A stretch of DNA of 45,624 bases, taken from a phage. The stretch lies in the NCBI GenBank assembly GCA_033193195.1, contig GCA_033193195.1_4326.1, one strand, 5' to 3'. The position numbers and the translations under genes were made by a program. This document shows positions 36,650 to 45,615 of the stretch, piece after piece; the stretch's first letter is position 1; every line of letters begins with the position of its first letter. The notes under the pieces were generated by a model that saw only the letters and a program-made list of their open reading frames with translations, searched no databases and had not been told where the DNA came from.

Positions 36650-37629
36650 CTTGTGCCGACCTCGTTGTTATTGATACTGAGTAAAGCTCTCTCTTTTTCT
36701 TGCCGCAAATATAGCTTATAACCTTAACTCCGTCATTAGCAATAAATGCTATTAGCGCATCAACTACTGATTGAACTTCACGCCTGCTAAATGATTCGGT
36801 GTGGATTTCTACAACCCTCCCCCCTGAGCTTACAGTGCAATGACCATCATCACCAAAGTAAGCAGCCCAACCAACTGGATCAAGCTCTCTGCATATCTTT
36901 CCAATATCGTAACCATCCTTAGAATTTCCGTACTTATCAGCATATGAATCCAGAACTTTCGTACATGATGTTGATACGCAAAACCAGTTGTCGCCAAATC
37001 CAGGGTTTTTCTTCTCCCTGTATCTAGGGTTTAGTTTTGCAAACCTTTCAACCTTGCTTAGTGCGTGCTCCTTATTTCCATATTCCAAGATAGCCTATGC
37101 GTTCCTTTTTCTGTATTTTTAATCAAGCAACCATCACCAGCCATTGCCGCAAGAATGTTTTGATGTAAAAAGTCATCAACCTCCATTTATGGGTTGACGG
37201 TTGAATTATGATGCCCCGTTCTGTAATCCAAATAGAAATCGAAAGGGTTCTTAAGAAGTACGCCTAACCCCTTGCTTGAATGCGGCATAACTTTTTCACC
37301 ACAGCCACACTTGCACGCAGAAGCTTTTTCGTAAATTTGTCCTGCGAGCCGTCTAGCGACAGATTCATCCCAATACGAAGTTTTCCCGCTTCTACCCAGC
37401 AGCCGTTCGAATAAAGTTTGTGTGTACTCGTGCATTTTATTTCCTCTCCGCTTTCTAATTTAATTGATAATACATGTCTTACACCATTAGTAAAAACTCT
37501 TTTTGGCTTATGATAGAAGTAATCACCAGTGCTTTCGTTTATGCATTTTATTTTATGATTGATAAGGTCTTCGCTATCAATCCTCATCATCCCTGAATCG
37601 GTGGTTATCATCGTGTCTCCAGTTAAGCA
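36491..37629 (-). other. intein inserted in helicase DECH motif; LAGLIDADG endonuclease core disrupted
   Basis: blocks CLTGDTMITT and CTSTHKL..W in N-extein frame; ILAAMAGDGC and WAAYFGDDGHC in two other frames; in-frame TAA 37187..37189; length 1139 bp is not a multiple of 3. Confidence 0.7.
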
Positions 37630-38073
37630 CTCATCTATCGCGATAACAGCAGGAGCATAGTCACCAAGCCCCTTAAACAAGCCGTTAGCAGCCGTTCCCT
37701 CACTAGCCACTATGGTTGGATAGTAAACTGATTTAACGTTAAGGCCAGCGCAATAGACGCTATTACGGATGCCGAAATTACGAAGTTCCTCTGCGTTCTG
37801 GCTGATAATCTCTGACTGGCGAGATAGGACCATGTAAGGAAGGCCAAGCTGTTCCATTCGTTTCCCAATCATGGCGAGTATAATTGTCTTACCAGCAGAC
37901 ACCGACAGGTCTGCGATGAATGGCGCTTCGTACTTGCCAATAGCCTTACCGATTGCGTCAAATGTCACGCACTGGAATTCGTAAGGCGTTATGTCTCCAA
38001 ACTGGTAATCTTTCTGAATCTGTTTAATTTTCTCTTTATCAAAGTTCGCCACTAAGCGCTCTACTGGAAGCAT
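37264..38073 (-). CDS. SF2 helicase N-terminal fragment fused to intein N-terminal splicing segment
   Basis: Walker A SVSAGKT, ..VIAIDE then CLTGDTMITT; stops 121 codons into intein. Confidence 0.75.
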   Translation of the reverse strand: MLPVERLVANFDKEKIKQIQKDYQFGDITPYEFQCVTFDAIGKAIGKYEAPFIADLSVSAGKTIILAMIGKRMEQLGLPYMVLSRQSEIISQNAEELRNFGIRNSVYCAGLNVKSVYYPTIVASEGTAANGLFKGLGDYAPAVIAIDECLTGDTMITTDSGMMRIDSEDLINHKIKCINESTGDYFYHKPKRVFTNGVRHVLSIKLESGEEIKCTSTHKLYSNGCWVEAGKLRIGMNLSLDGSQDKFTKKLLRASVAVVKKLCRIQARG

Positions 38074-38112
38074 TTTAAATATCCCTACAGTTTGTTAGTT
38101 CGTTGCATTGCT

Positions 38113-38158
38113 GTATAATAACAATTATCGAACCTATTGTTTAACAAAAAATGCTATT
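38113..38158 (-). promoter_or_regulatory. family promoter for helicase N-fragment gene
   Basis: minus-strand AATAGCATTTTTTGTTAAACAAT, TTATAC/TATTAT -10-like. Confidence 0.5.
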
Positions 38159-38169
38159 GAGGTAATGAG

Positions 38170-38643
38170 ATGTGTGAAATTGACAAGCGAACTATCAACG
38201 GCAATAACGGAACCATCCGCACGCAAGACAAGAAACAGCGCAAACGACCGTCAGGCTACTACGTATTGAAAGATGAAGTAAAGGCTGGGCTACGAGCTCG
38301 TCTGGAGATGGTTCTTGATTTCTACGGCACGAAGGCCAATATCGCCAAGCAGTTAAATGTATCTCACCAGACTGTAGAGCAATGGTTTGATCGCGGGATG
38401 ATTTCGGCTAGAGGTGCCCAGAGGGCTCACAATGCATACAAGCGAAATAAGGAAGGCTTTAGAGCTACGTTCTGCCGACCAGACCTGCAATTCGACGGAA
38501 ACGGTAAGCCATTAACGCTTAGATGCAAGAAACGCCATATGCTGCGGGTTGTTACCGAAGCTGAACTAGCAACAAAGCCACCATGTCGACCATGGCGCAA
38601 GAATAAGATTGCCAACGAAGCAGCACGAAAAGCTAAAGATTAA
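38170..38643 (+). CDS. HTH DNA-binding protein, candidate transcription regulator
   Basis: GTKANIAKQLNVSHQTVEQWFDRG helix-turn-helix-like segment; GAGGTAA SD. Confidence 0.55.
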   Translation: MCEIDKRTINGNNGTIRTQDKKQRKRPSGYYVLKDEVKAGLRARLEMVLDFYGTKANIAKQLNVSHQTVEQWFDRGMISARGAQRAHNAYKRNKEGFRATFCRPDLQFDGNGKPLTLRCKKRHMLRVVTEAELATKPPCRPWRKNKIANEAARKAKD

Positions 38644-38649
38644 ATAATT

Positions 38650-38680
38650 GGATGTGCCATAATCGGTACATCCTTTTTTA
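38650..38680 (+). terminator. rho-independent terminator
   Basis: GGATGTGCC-ATAATC-GGTACATCC then T6. Confidence 0.6.
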
Positions 38681-38694
38681 TTGGGGAGAAGAAA

Positions 38695-39174
38695 ATGAAC
38701 TGGCATGATTATTTTTACTATGTAGATGGCAAATTGCATTGAAAGATTAGCACTGCAAGACGTGTTAAGGTTGGCGATGAGTGCAACTCACTATCTACAT
38801 CTGGCTATTACAAAGTGTCTGTTAATGGCTTTAGGACTTATGTACATAGAGTTGTGTGGGAGATGTTTAATGGAGAACTTCAAAATGGCGACTACATTGA
38901 TCATATAAACCATAACAAATTAGATAACAGAATAGAAAACCTAAGAGTAACAACAAATCAAGGTAACTCAAGAAATTGCAAGCTTAGCGTTTTATCAACA
39001 ACTGGTTATTGTGGAGTGGCAAAGCTAAATCACGGAAAATTTAAGGCTTACATCAAGGTTGACGGCAAGCAGCTACACCTTGGTAACTTCGATACTCCAG
39101 AGCAGGCGTATAAAGTAAGAATTGAAGCAGAGAGAAAATACAACTTTCACGAAAATCACGGTTTAAGCAAATGA
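38695..39174 (+). pseudogene. HNH-AP2 homing endonuclease-like gene with in-frame TGA at 38740..38742
   Basis: MNWHDYFYYVDGKLH-stop-KISTARRVKVGD (Trp expected in G.L.WK motif); HRVVWEMFNGEL..DHINHNKLDNRIENLR HNH; YCGVAKLNHGKFKAYIKVDGKQLHLGNF AP2-like; GGGAGA SD. Confidence 0.65.
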
Positions 39175-40094
39175 ATTACGATAAGAATGAAGTTATACCT
39201 AAGATGGCCGGATTGTGGAAATCATTTTATGCAAAGGAACTTGGTTGGAATGATAGACACCTAAGTAAGAAGCACGGACCATGCCCATACTGCTTTGGCA
39301 CTGACAGATTCAGATTTACCGACGAAATAGGCAGTGAAAAAGGAAATGGCGCGGCAATTTGTTCGAAATGCGGAAGTGACTCCGGTATAGGGTGGGTCAT
39401 GAAGTGCACTGGATTGTCCTTCGCCGATTCAGTAAATTTGCTTGGTGACTGGCTGAACTTAACACCAATTGAGGTTATAGTTAAAGCTAACAAGCAAGCA
39501 TCAAGAACGCTGCGTTATAAAATGGGCGCTCAAGTAGACCACAAGAAAGTTCTTGAGGTCATGAAGAGGACTCAGCGAGTTGAATCTAGTCCACTCACGA
39601 CATACGAGGGTATTTATGACGAGTTTGGTTTTGATGTTGGTATAGCTAAAAATGGTTCAATGATTCACGCAATCCCTTGTTCGATGGTTTATGAAGATGG
39701 GCTTAGTGATGAGTTCTGTAACGTAATGTTTATTGATGAGGATTCAAATGTTAAGTTCCTTGCTGGTGATTACACTCGTGATTCTGTTTCCGTTATTGGT
39801 TCTAAGCAGGATGATAGTTATACTTATGTTGTTGACAATTATATTGATGGCATACGTGTTCACCTTGCTACTGGTGGGCGCGAAGTGTTTGTTGCTTTCT
39901 CCTGTTACAATATGGAGATGGTTATCCACCGAGACAAGTCAAGGAAGTTCAGAATTGCTTGCCGTGATTCTGATATCGATATCCTTGCTGTTGCTGACGA
40001 TAGGTGTGTTGATGTGGTGATTCCTAACGACGGTAAGTCATTTAAAACAGGCATACGAAAGAAAGTGTACAAAGCCAACGACTTGCTAAACTAA
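39171..40094 (+). CDS. DNA primase (zinc-ribbon + TOPRIM-like)
   Basis: HGPCPYCFGTDRFRF..CSKCGSDSG zinc-binding pattern; acidic D.D and DG motifs in C-terminal half. Confidence 0.6.
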   Translation: MNYDKNEVIPKMAGLWKSFYAKELGWNDRHLSKKHGPCPYCFGTDRFRFTDEIGSEKGNGAAICSKCGSDSGIGWVMKCTGLSFADSVNLLGDWLNLTPIEVIVKANKQASRTLRYKMGAQVDHKKVLEVMKRTQRVESSPLTTYEGIYDEFGFDVGIAKNGSMIHAIPCSMVYEDGLSDEFCNVMFIDEDSNVKFLAGDYTRDSVSVIGSKQDDSYTYVVDNYIDGIRVHLATGGREVFVAFSCYNMEMVIHRDKSRKFRIACRDSDIDILAVADDRCVDVVIPNDGKSFKTGIRKKVYKANDLLN

Positions 40095-40116
40095 CCTCCT
40101 TCGGGAGGTTTTTTAT
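40093..40116 (+). terminator. rho-independent terminator
   Basis: AACCTCC-TTCG-GGAGGTT then T6. Confidence 0.75.
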
Positions 40117-40137
40117 TGCCTGAAAGATGGTAGAATG

Positions 40138-40160
40138 AATTTTAGCAATTCGTGCTATTT
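40138..40160. promoter_or_regulatory. orphan copy of family element in opposite orientation to the downstream gene
   Basis: TTTAGCAATTCGTGCTATTTT with no consensus -10 in either direction. Confidence 0.4.
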
Positions 40161-40179
40161 TACAAATGGAGACTTTACA

Positions 40180-42714
40180 ATGGCAATTTATGACTTAGGA
40201 ACAGCATCACTAGCCTCAAATGGCGAGGTTACTGGCGTAGGTACTACATGGAAAGCACCTCTTACACTGATTCGTGTAGGTGCTACTATCATTTTCAAAA
40301 CCAGCCCTCTGAAAATTTACACCATCTCTGAAATCATCAGCGATACTCAGGTTAATGTTTATAATCCAAGTTCTGAAACTGTTCCCGCTGGTACTGGTTA
40401 CGCAATTCTTGCTCATGATGGAATTACTGTTCAGGGGTTGGCGCAGGATGTTGCGGAAACATTGCGTTACTACCAGTCAAAAGAGACTTCTATTGAAAGT
40501 CTACTGCAATTTATTGGTCAAGATACTTTTGATTGGCCTCGTTTTGAACAACTGGCAACTCAGTCAACTACCGGAGCTGCCGAGGCGCTTGCTAGTCAGA
40601 TCTCTGCCGCTGAGAGTGCCTCTACAGCGGTAGGTGCTAGCAATAACGCACAAAATTCATATAACAGGACGGTTGAAGCAATAAATGCGGCTGGAAATAC
40701 AGCGGCTGTTGCTTACTTTGCTAATCACGGAATAGGTAGCACGACAACGCCATTACTTACCTCTTTAGATTGGCAAACAATGCAATTTTATTCCGGAGGT
40801 CGTTATCAGTGCACACTTGGGAATATGTTAAACACCCCAAAAGAAATTAGTTCAATGTTTCCGGTTTCAACAACTCCTATTTGTATTGATGTTATTGCAA
40901 CTAGGGGTGTTAATTCGGCTAATGTATTAAGGTTATCTCCGTCTACTGGGTCAAACTCAAATTTTAGGATTGCAGATGTCACAATTTCTGGTGCGACTGG
41001 ATCTAGGGTTTTTTATGTAAGGGAAGTACTAAGCTTGCCTGGCGGTGATGCTGCAACTGGTGGATCAAGCGCGTCAAGGGTTAGGGGGTTGCTTGATGTT
41101 TACTCAAAATCCGAGACGTTTCAAAAATCATTGAATCTTTCAGACATTGCAGATAAGTCCGTGGCAAGAACCAACCTTGATGTTTACTCAAAGGGTGAGG
41201 TGTCATCAATTTTAAATACAGATTCAAAAAGCACATCAAGCTATAGAGGCTCAATATCTTCAGCAATAGAAGCCGCTGGCGATGGCGGGTCGGTAGTTAT
41301 AAGCCCGGGAACTTATGAGAGTAATAACTACTCCTTTGCTGGCAGTAACATATCAGGCTCTGGATATAATACCGTAATAAGTGTTAAACCTTTTGAAACC
41401 GGACTCACCTCAACGCTATCTGTTCCGCACTGGAGGCAAAAGCATTTATCGGATTTGCAGTTTACAGGTACTGCAATACAAGGTAATAACGGCTTTCAAT
41501 TCCCGGATGACCCTTATGCTGGAAGGGTTGTATTGGATAGGCTTTACTTCAATGACCTGGATGTTGGTATAAGGAAAAATGCTGGCAACATTGGAAATAC
41601 CTACAGAAACGTAAGTATTAGAAATGCGAATTACGGGTATCGAGCCAAAGCTCATGACAAAATGCATATAGGAGCGGACACTTTATACGGATACCACTCA
41701 GATACAATCTATCAATATTCAGTAATGCTAGATGCGACAAGCACAAGTAGCGCAACGAACCCTGTTGCTGGAGGAATTGGTGGGTGGTGGATTAGGGATT
41801 CAATAATGGAGGCCTCTGCTGGCGGCGGTATAAGGTTAAAGAATAAACCTGGAGATTGCCCAACATCACCTTGCGGATTGTCTAACGTATGGTTTGAAGC
41901 GATAGCAACTGGGGGAGCAATTAACGTAGGTGAGGGAGCTGAACTCCCAAGGGTTTTGAAGCTCATCGATACGTCCGTTTTCTTTGCTGAGCATTCTTAT
42001 ATTAATAACATTGAGTTATCAAATTCAAACCTTGTTACTTACGGTTGCAGGTTTGATAACGCTGATGGGCATCAAAGTTTCTCTCTTGATTCGAACAGTA
42101 TTATTTTTGCTAAGGATGCATACCTGAATGGATCTTCAACATCAAGCGTTATAGTTGAGTCACTGGTATCACAGACAGCCAAGATAACGGGTACATCTGA
42201 CTTATCTGTTAGAGGATATGTTACTAAAGGTCGAGTTTTTAATCCCGATTCCGGAACTGTTTTAGTCAGGAGGCCTTTTGGTACTGGTGGGAACAACTTT
42301 GGTGGAACAGGGTCGTCAATTGAAGGTTCTGATACAAGGGGTATACACTCGCAATCATCTGGATACTACGAATTTGCTGGTGCGGCTCAGTACGAATTGA
42401 TAAATGGTGGCTTTAATATAACTTCCGGAAAATGGTATGCTTGGGGTATTTCTGCAAACAGGATTCAAGGCGGTGCTGATGGTATTATAAACATTTTTGG
42501 TAGCGCATCATTAGGCCGTGTGTTTACTGAGGGTGGTAAGTGGGTTCATACATTTGGCGTTGGTCAGGCTTCGGTTTCTGGCGTTGCAAACCTTAACATT
42601 AACCTCAATGGATTAACTGGTATGGTATTAAGCCTTGCTGATTATTTTGTTGTAGAATTTGATAATCAAAGGGACGCCTTGATATTTGCAAACTCAAGAG
42701 TTTCTCTTGCATAA
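40180..42714 (+). CDS. tail fibre / tailspike-like protein (lateral fibre candidate)
   Basis: 845 aa, Gly/Ser/Thr/Asn-rich repeats; start 40180 with GGAGA SD (track start 40135 lies inside the motif). Confidence 0.55.
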   Translation: MAIYDLGTASLASNGEVTGVGTTWKAPLTLIRVGATIIFKTSPLKIYTISEIISDTQVNVYNPSSETVPAGTGYAILAHDGITVQGLAQDVAETLRYYQSKETSIESLLQFIGQDTFDWPRFEQLATQSTTGAAEALASQISAAESASTAVGASNNAQNSYNRTVEAINAAGNTAAVAYFANHGIGSTTTPLLTSLDWQTMQFYSGGRYQCTLGNMLNTPKEISSMFPVSTTPICIDVIATRGVNSANVLRLSPSTGSNSNFRIADVTISGATGSRVFYVREVLSLPGGDAATGGSSASRVRGLLDVYSKSETFQKSLNLSDIADKSVARTNLDVYSKGEVSSILNTDSKSTSSYRGSISSAIEAAGDGGSVVISPGTYESNNYSFAGSNISGSGYNTVISVKPFETGLTSTLSVPHWRQKHLSDLQFTGTAIQGNNGFQFPDDPYAGRVVLDRLYFNDLDVGIRKNAGNIGNTYRNVSIRNANYGYRAKAHDKMHIGADTLYGYHSDTIYQYSVMLDATSTSSATNPVAGGIGGWWIRDSIMEASAGGGIRLKNKPGDCPTSPCGLSNVWFEAIATGGAINVGEGAELPRVLKLIDTSVFFAEHSYINNIELSNSNLVTYGCRFDNADGHQSFSLDSNSIIFAKDAYLNGSSTSSVIVESLVSQTAKITGTSDLSVRGYVTKGRVFNPDSGTVLVRRPFGTGGNNFGGTGSSIEGSDTRGIHSQSSGYYEFAGAAQYELINGGFNITSGKWYAWGISANRIQGGADGIINIFGSASLGRVFTEGGKWVHTFGVGQASVSGVANLNINLNGLTGMVLSLADYFVVEFDNQRDALIFANSRVSLA

Positions 42715-42742
42715 AAAAAGCCCCGAAAGGGGCTTTATCTTT
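42713..42742. terminator. bidirectional terminator
   Basis: A7-AGCCCC-GAAA-GGGGCT-TTATCTTTT. Confidence 0.7.
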
Positions 42743-42744
42743 TA

Positions 42745-43176
42745 TCAGAATGGAATATCTCCGTCGAATGTGTTTTGCTGTTGTGGTTGTTGCTGTTGCT
42801 GTTGCGGTTGATGGCGCTGTTGTTGCTCTGTATTTTTATGTTGCTGTACACCATCACCACGCTGACTAAACTCAAGACGAGGATTGTTCATGTTAATTGT
42901 TATGTAAGTCTTGCCATCTTTATCTCGAACATCTAATGCTAACGTCTCACAACTTACGCTAACAATCTTCCCTTCCTGAAACGCCTCGTTATACCATGCA
43001 AGCATTGATTCCTTTGCGAAGAAGACGGCACGATAGTTGCTATACTGAGATTGACCATCTTTATCCTTGTAACGCTCACTTAAATCAACCGCGTACATCT
43101 TCCAACTTCCATTTGCATTCTGACCTTCTTTAGTGAAAGGAGCGCGACGGATAACACCAGTGATTACATGACTCAT
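42745..43176 (-). CDS. single-stranded DNA-binding protein
   Basis: OB-fold-like N-terminal half, Gln/Pro-rich linker, acidic C-terminal tail DGDIPF. Confidence 0.8.
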   Translation of the reverse strand: MSHVITGVIRRAPFTKEGQNANGSWKMYAVDLSERYKDKDGQSQYSNYRAVFFAKESMLAWYNEAFQEGKIVSVSCETLALDVRDKDGKTYITINMNNPRLEFSQRGDGVQQHKNTEQQQRHQPQQQQQQPQQQNTFDGDIPF

Positions 43177-43216
43177 TTTCTTTCTCTCTTAATGTTGGGG
43201 CCGCAGCCCCGTTAAA

Positions 43217-43867
43217 TTAGAATGTGTCGATTTCTTGAGATTGCACTTCAACTTTTTCTTCTTGAACAGACTTTTGTGCAACCTGTTTAGGTTTTGCAGG
43301 ATTGAAGCCGTTAGTTGCATTAGCCTGAATCTCTGCCTTACGCTCAATAATGTGAGGCTCAAGCACTAACCAGCCGGCTGGATCAAGTGACTGCTTCGCC
43401 TCTTTGTAAACATCACGGAGGTCATCAAGAGTACTGCACTTAGCCAAGTCTTTCTTGAATGAGTTGATGCCTTTAACTGCTAACTGACCATCATCATCTG
43501 CCTGGCTTAAACCTAACGCCGCTGTGATTGCGTAACGGCGAGCGTATGTAAGTGATGACCCATAACCTTGAGCATCTTGCTTACTGATTGGGACGATTGT
43601 CAGGAAGCTAACCCACTCCCCAGACTCTGCGTGATAAACGGTTGTTTCAACCTTAATACGAGTGCTTACATCATCATCAATCATCGACTGAAACATCACC
43701 AGTCCGCTATCAGCCAAGCCTGGCTCTACAGCTGCTAAAACATCATCTAAAGTAGCGTACTTATTCTTGAGGTGTGAGTTCTGCTTAGACTTTTCAGCCT
43801 TAGCAAACTTTGATTTAGCCTCGAATAACGCCTTCAATACTTGCTTGTTTTGCTCAGAAGTTTTCAT
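43217..43867 (-). CDS. Erf-like single-strand annealing protein
   Basis: start 43867 downstream of predicted start site; central region typical of Erf-type annealases by eye. Confidence 0.5.
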   Translation of the reverse strand: MKTSEQNKQVLKALFEAKSKFAKAEKSKQNSHLKNKYATLDDVLAAVEPGLADSGLVMFQSMIDDDVSTRIKVETTVYHAESGEWVSFLTIVPISKQDAQGYGSSLTYARRYAITAALGLSQADDDGQLAVKGINSFKKDLAKCSTLDDLRDVYKEAKQSLDPAGWLVLEPHIIERKAEIQANATNGFNPAKPKQVAQKSVQEEKVEVQSQEIDTF

Positions 43868-43897
43868 TCCCCATCTCTCTTTCGTTTCGATGGGGTA

Positions 43898-43944
43898 ATG
43901 ATACCCCACCTGTTAATTTTGTCTTTAGCAATTAGTGCTATTTT
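43898..43944 (-). promoter_or_regulatory. family promoter for annealase/SSB unit
   Basis: minus-strand AATAGCACTAATTGCTAAAGAC, TATCAT, CATCGAAACGAAAGAGAG. Confidence 0.6.
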
Positions 43945-44909
43945 AGAAGTTCTTGATACTGCTTACTTACCCACTCAGGAATCATCAAATCTTGCTCTGT
44001 AATCCCATTGCTATACCCAGGCCATACATCAAGCTTCTTGCACTGTTTGTATGTTGCTAGTGCCTCTAAATATTGTAAGCGCCCAATGCGAAGCTGCTCA
44101 TCCGTAAGCGTGTAGCACATAGGTAAGTAAGGCTCCGTTTTTTCCTGCACCAGAAGTCGAGCCACAACCTTACGCTTCTCGCTGAATGCCTTCACAAACA
44201 AATCACGCTGAAGGCTCATCTTGCAAAGGTATCCATGGTCATAAGCCGACTTACCAAATCCTCTAGGACTTGCATCTGCTGTGGTTTTGTAGTCATGGAT
44301 ATAGACAACGCCATCAACAACATCTACGTGATCAAGCCTAACCTTAACACCACACCCAAGAATCTCACCAAAGATTGATAGCTCTTTCTGTGCTGTTGGT
44401 GAGTTAATAATCGCATCGTAAGCTGGGATATTAGTCAGAACCTCGCGCATTGAGATTACCTTATCGTAATCTTTCGCAGTAACGAGCTCTTTGCCACTAA
44501 TTAACGCCTTAGCGCTCTCCTGCTGCTCAATTAACCATTTAACAGGCCAATCCTCACCAGATTTATACATCATCTCCACGAGCTCGCTATATCCCTTCCC
44601 TGACGTGCCTGAAACTCCAACTTTTTTAAGCGCTGCGGATAAAGCCGTTTGGCTAGTAATCAATCCTTCCACTTCGTCAAAGTCAGTAGCTCGCATGTAT
44701 GTTGAGTCAAACACCTCGCGCTCTAGCATCATGCAGTGACTTAGTGTGCCAAACTTAAGTGCTGCGCTAGAGTTATTGAGCTGCTTAAACTTCCATTTAG
44801 CTGGTGAGGTAGCAAGAATCTCAGCCAGTGAAGAGCCAGAGATATGGTCTTGCTCTTCGTGATATGATTCATTTGTTAGCTCGTCGTTCGTATAAACTTT
44901 AAATGTCAT
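43938..44909 (-). CDS. recombination exonuclease (PD-(D/E)xK-type)
   Basis: D..VYIHDYKTT core; paired with annealase and SSB. Confidence 0.5.
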   Translation of the reverse strand: MTFKVYTNDELTNESYHEEQDHISGSSLAEILATSPAKWKFKQLNNSSAALKFGTLSHCMMLEREVFDSTYMRATDFDEVEGLITSQTALSAALKKVGVSGTSGKGYSELVEMMYKSGEDWPVKWLIEQQESAKALISGKELVTAKDYDKVISMREVLTNIPAYDAIINSPTAQKELSIFGEILGCGVKVRLDHVDVVDGVVYIHDYKTTADASPRGFGKSAYDHGYLCKMSLQRDLFVKAFSEKRKVVARLLVQEKTEPYLPMCYTLTDEQLRIGRLQYLEALATYKQCKKLDVWPGYSNGITEQDLMIPEWVSKQYQELLK

Positions 44910-44912
44910 GGT

Positions 44913-45107
44913 TCAATCCTTAATTTTAACAATCTTAATAGCTTTCAAATCTTCTTCAGTGAAGTATCCTGTCAGCAACTCCTTGGCCTCTTCCTTTGTC
45001 TCGAATTGGTCGGCTTCAGATTTGTTGGTAGTGTATCCAGCGGGGCCACCAAAGTAGCAATCGCCGAACAGTGCGTTGTTTTTCTCTTTAATAATGAAGT
45101 ATGGCAT
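44913..45107 (-). CDS. hypothetical protein, first gene of leftward unit from control region B
   Basis: 64 aa; TTGGAC..ATCATT promoter-like and ATCGAAAGCACGC leader upstream. Confidence 0.45.
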   Translation of the reverse strand: MPYFIIKEKNNALFGDCYFGGPAGYTTNKSEADQFETKEEAKELLTGYFTEEDLKAIKIVKIKD

Positions 45108-45572
45108 TTCTCTATCTCTCTATTTTTGCGTGCTTTCGATTAGTTAATGATGCCGCACGCAAGACACACAGTCCAATTGGTATCACCGATTAATTAATCA
45201 AGTATACGCGTATAAATCCGTAACTACGTGTAGACATTGCCATTAGTTACGTTTTTCACCACTTCAGCCCAGCTATAGCTCAATGTAAATAGTGCGTATA
45301 CCGTGTATACCGATTTTTGCGGAGGGTGCATAGGTATATGCGCCACGCAATACTGTATAAAATCACATTATATAAAAATTATAACCGGAACACTCCAGAA
45401 CAGTAGTTACATGATATACACAGTAATATATATAATAATAATAATAAGAGTAAATGGTTGATATATATAGATATTATTATGTAACTATGGCGTATCAAAG
45501 CGTAACTAGGCGTATACGATTTCCCGCTGATGCATATGGTATACATAGAGTTACATCGGTTACGCGTAACCA
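45108..45572. promoter_or_regulatory. control region B: AT-rich noncoding divergent-promoter region paralogous to region A
   Basis: same conserved blocks as 25380..25650; palindrome GGTTACGCGTAACC at 45558..45571. Confidence 0.6.
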
Positions 45573-45615
45573 ACAGCACGAATAGCTAAAACTAATCCGC
45601 AAAACCATGTATAGT
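45573..45615 (+). promoter_or_regulatory. family promoter at window end, oriented toward window start
   Basis: AACAGCACGAATAGCTAAAAC, TATAGT 45610..45615. Confidence 0.5.

Noticed and set aside
36615-37435. Track ORFs 36615..37088 (157 aa) and 37187..37435 (82 aa) as independent genes
   Set aside because: They are out-of-frame pieces of the intein endonuclease region (they carry the LAGLIDADG-like motifs and block B overlap), start with TTG or lack an SD, and are better explained as frameshifted intein remnants.
40135-40179. Track start ATG at 40135 for the fibre gene
   Set aside because: It sits inside the repeated element right after the upstream terminator with no SD; the in-frame ATG at 40180 has a GGAGA SD.
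43185-43215. Hairpin GGGGCCGCAGCCCC between SSB and annealase genes as a terminator
   Set aside because: No T-run follows on either strand; more likely an intercistronic stem or an RNA processing site.
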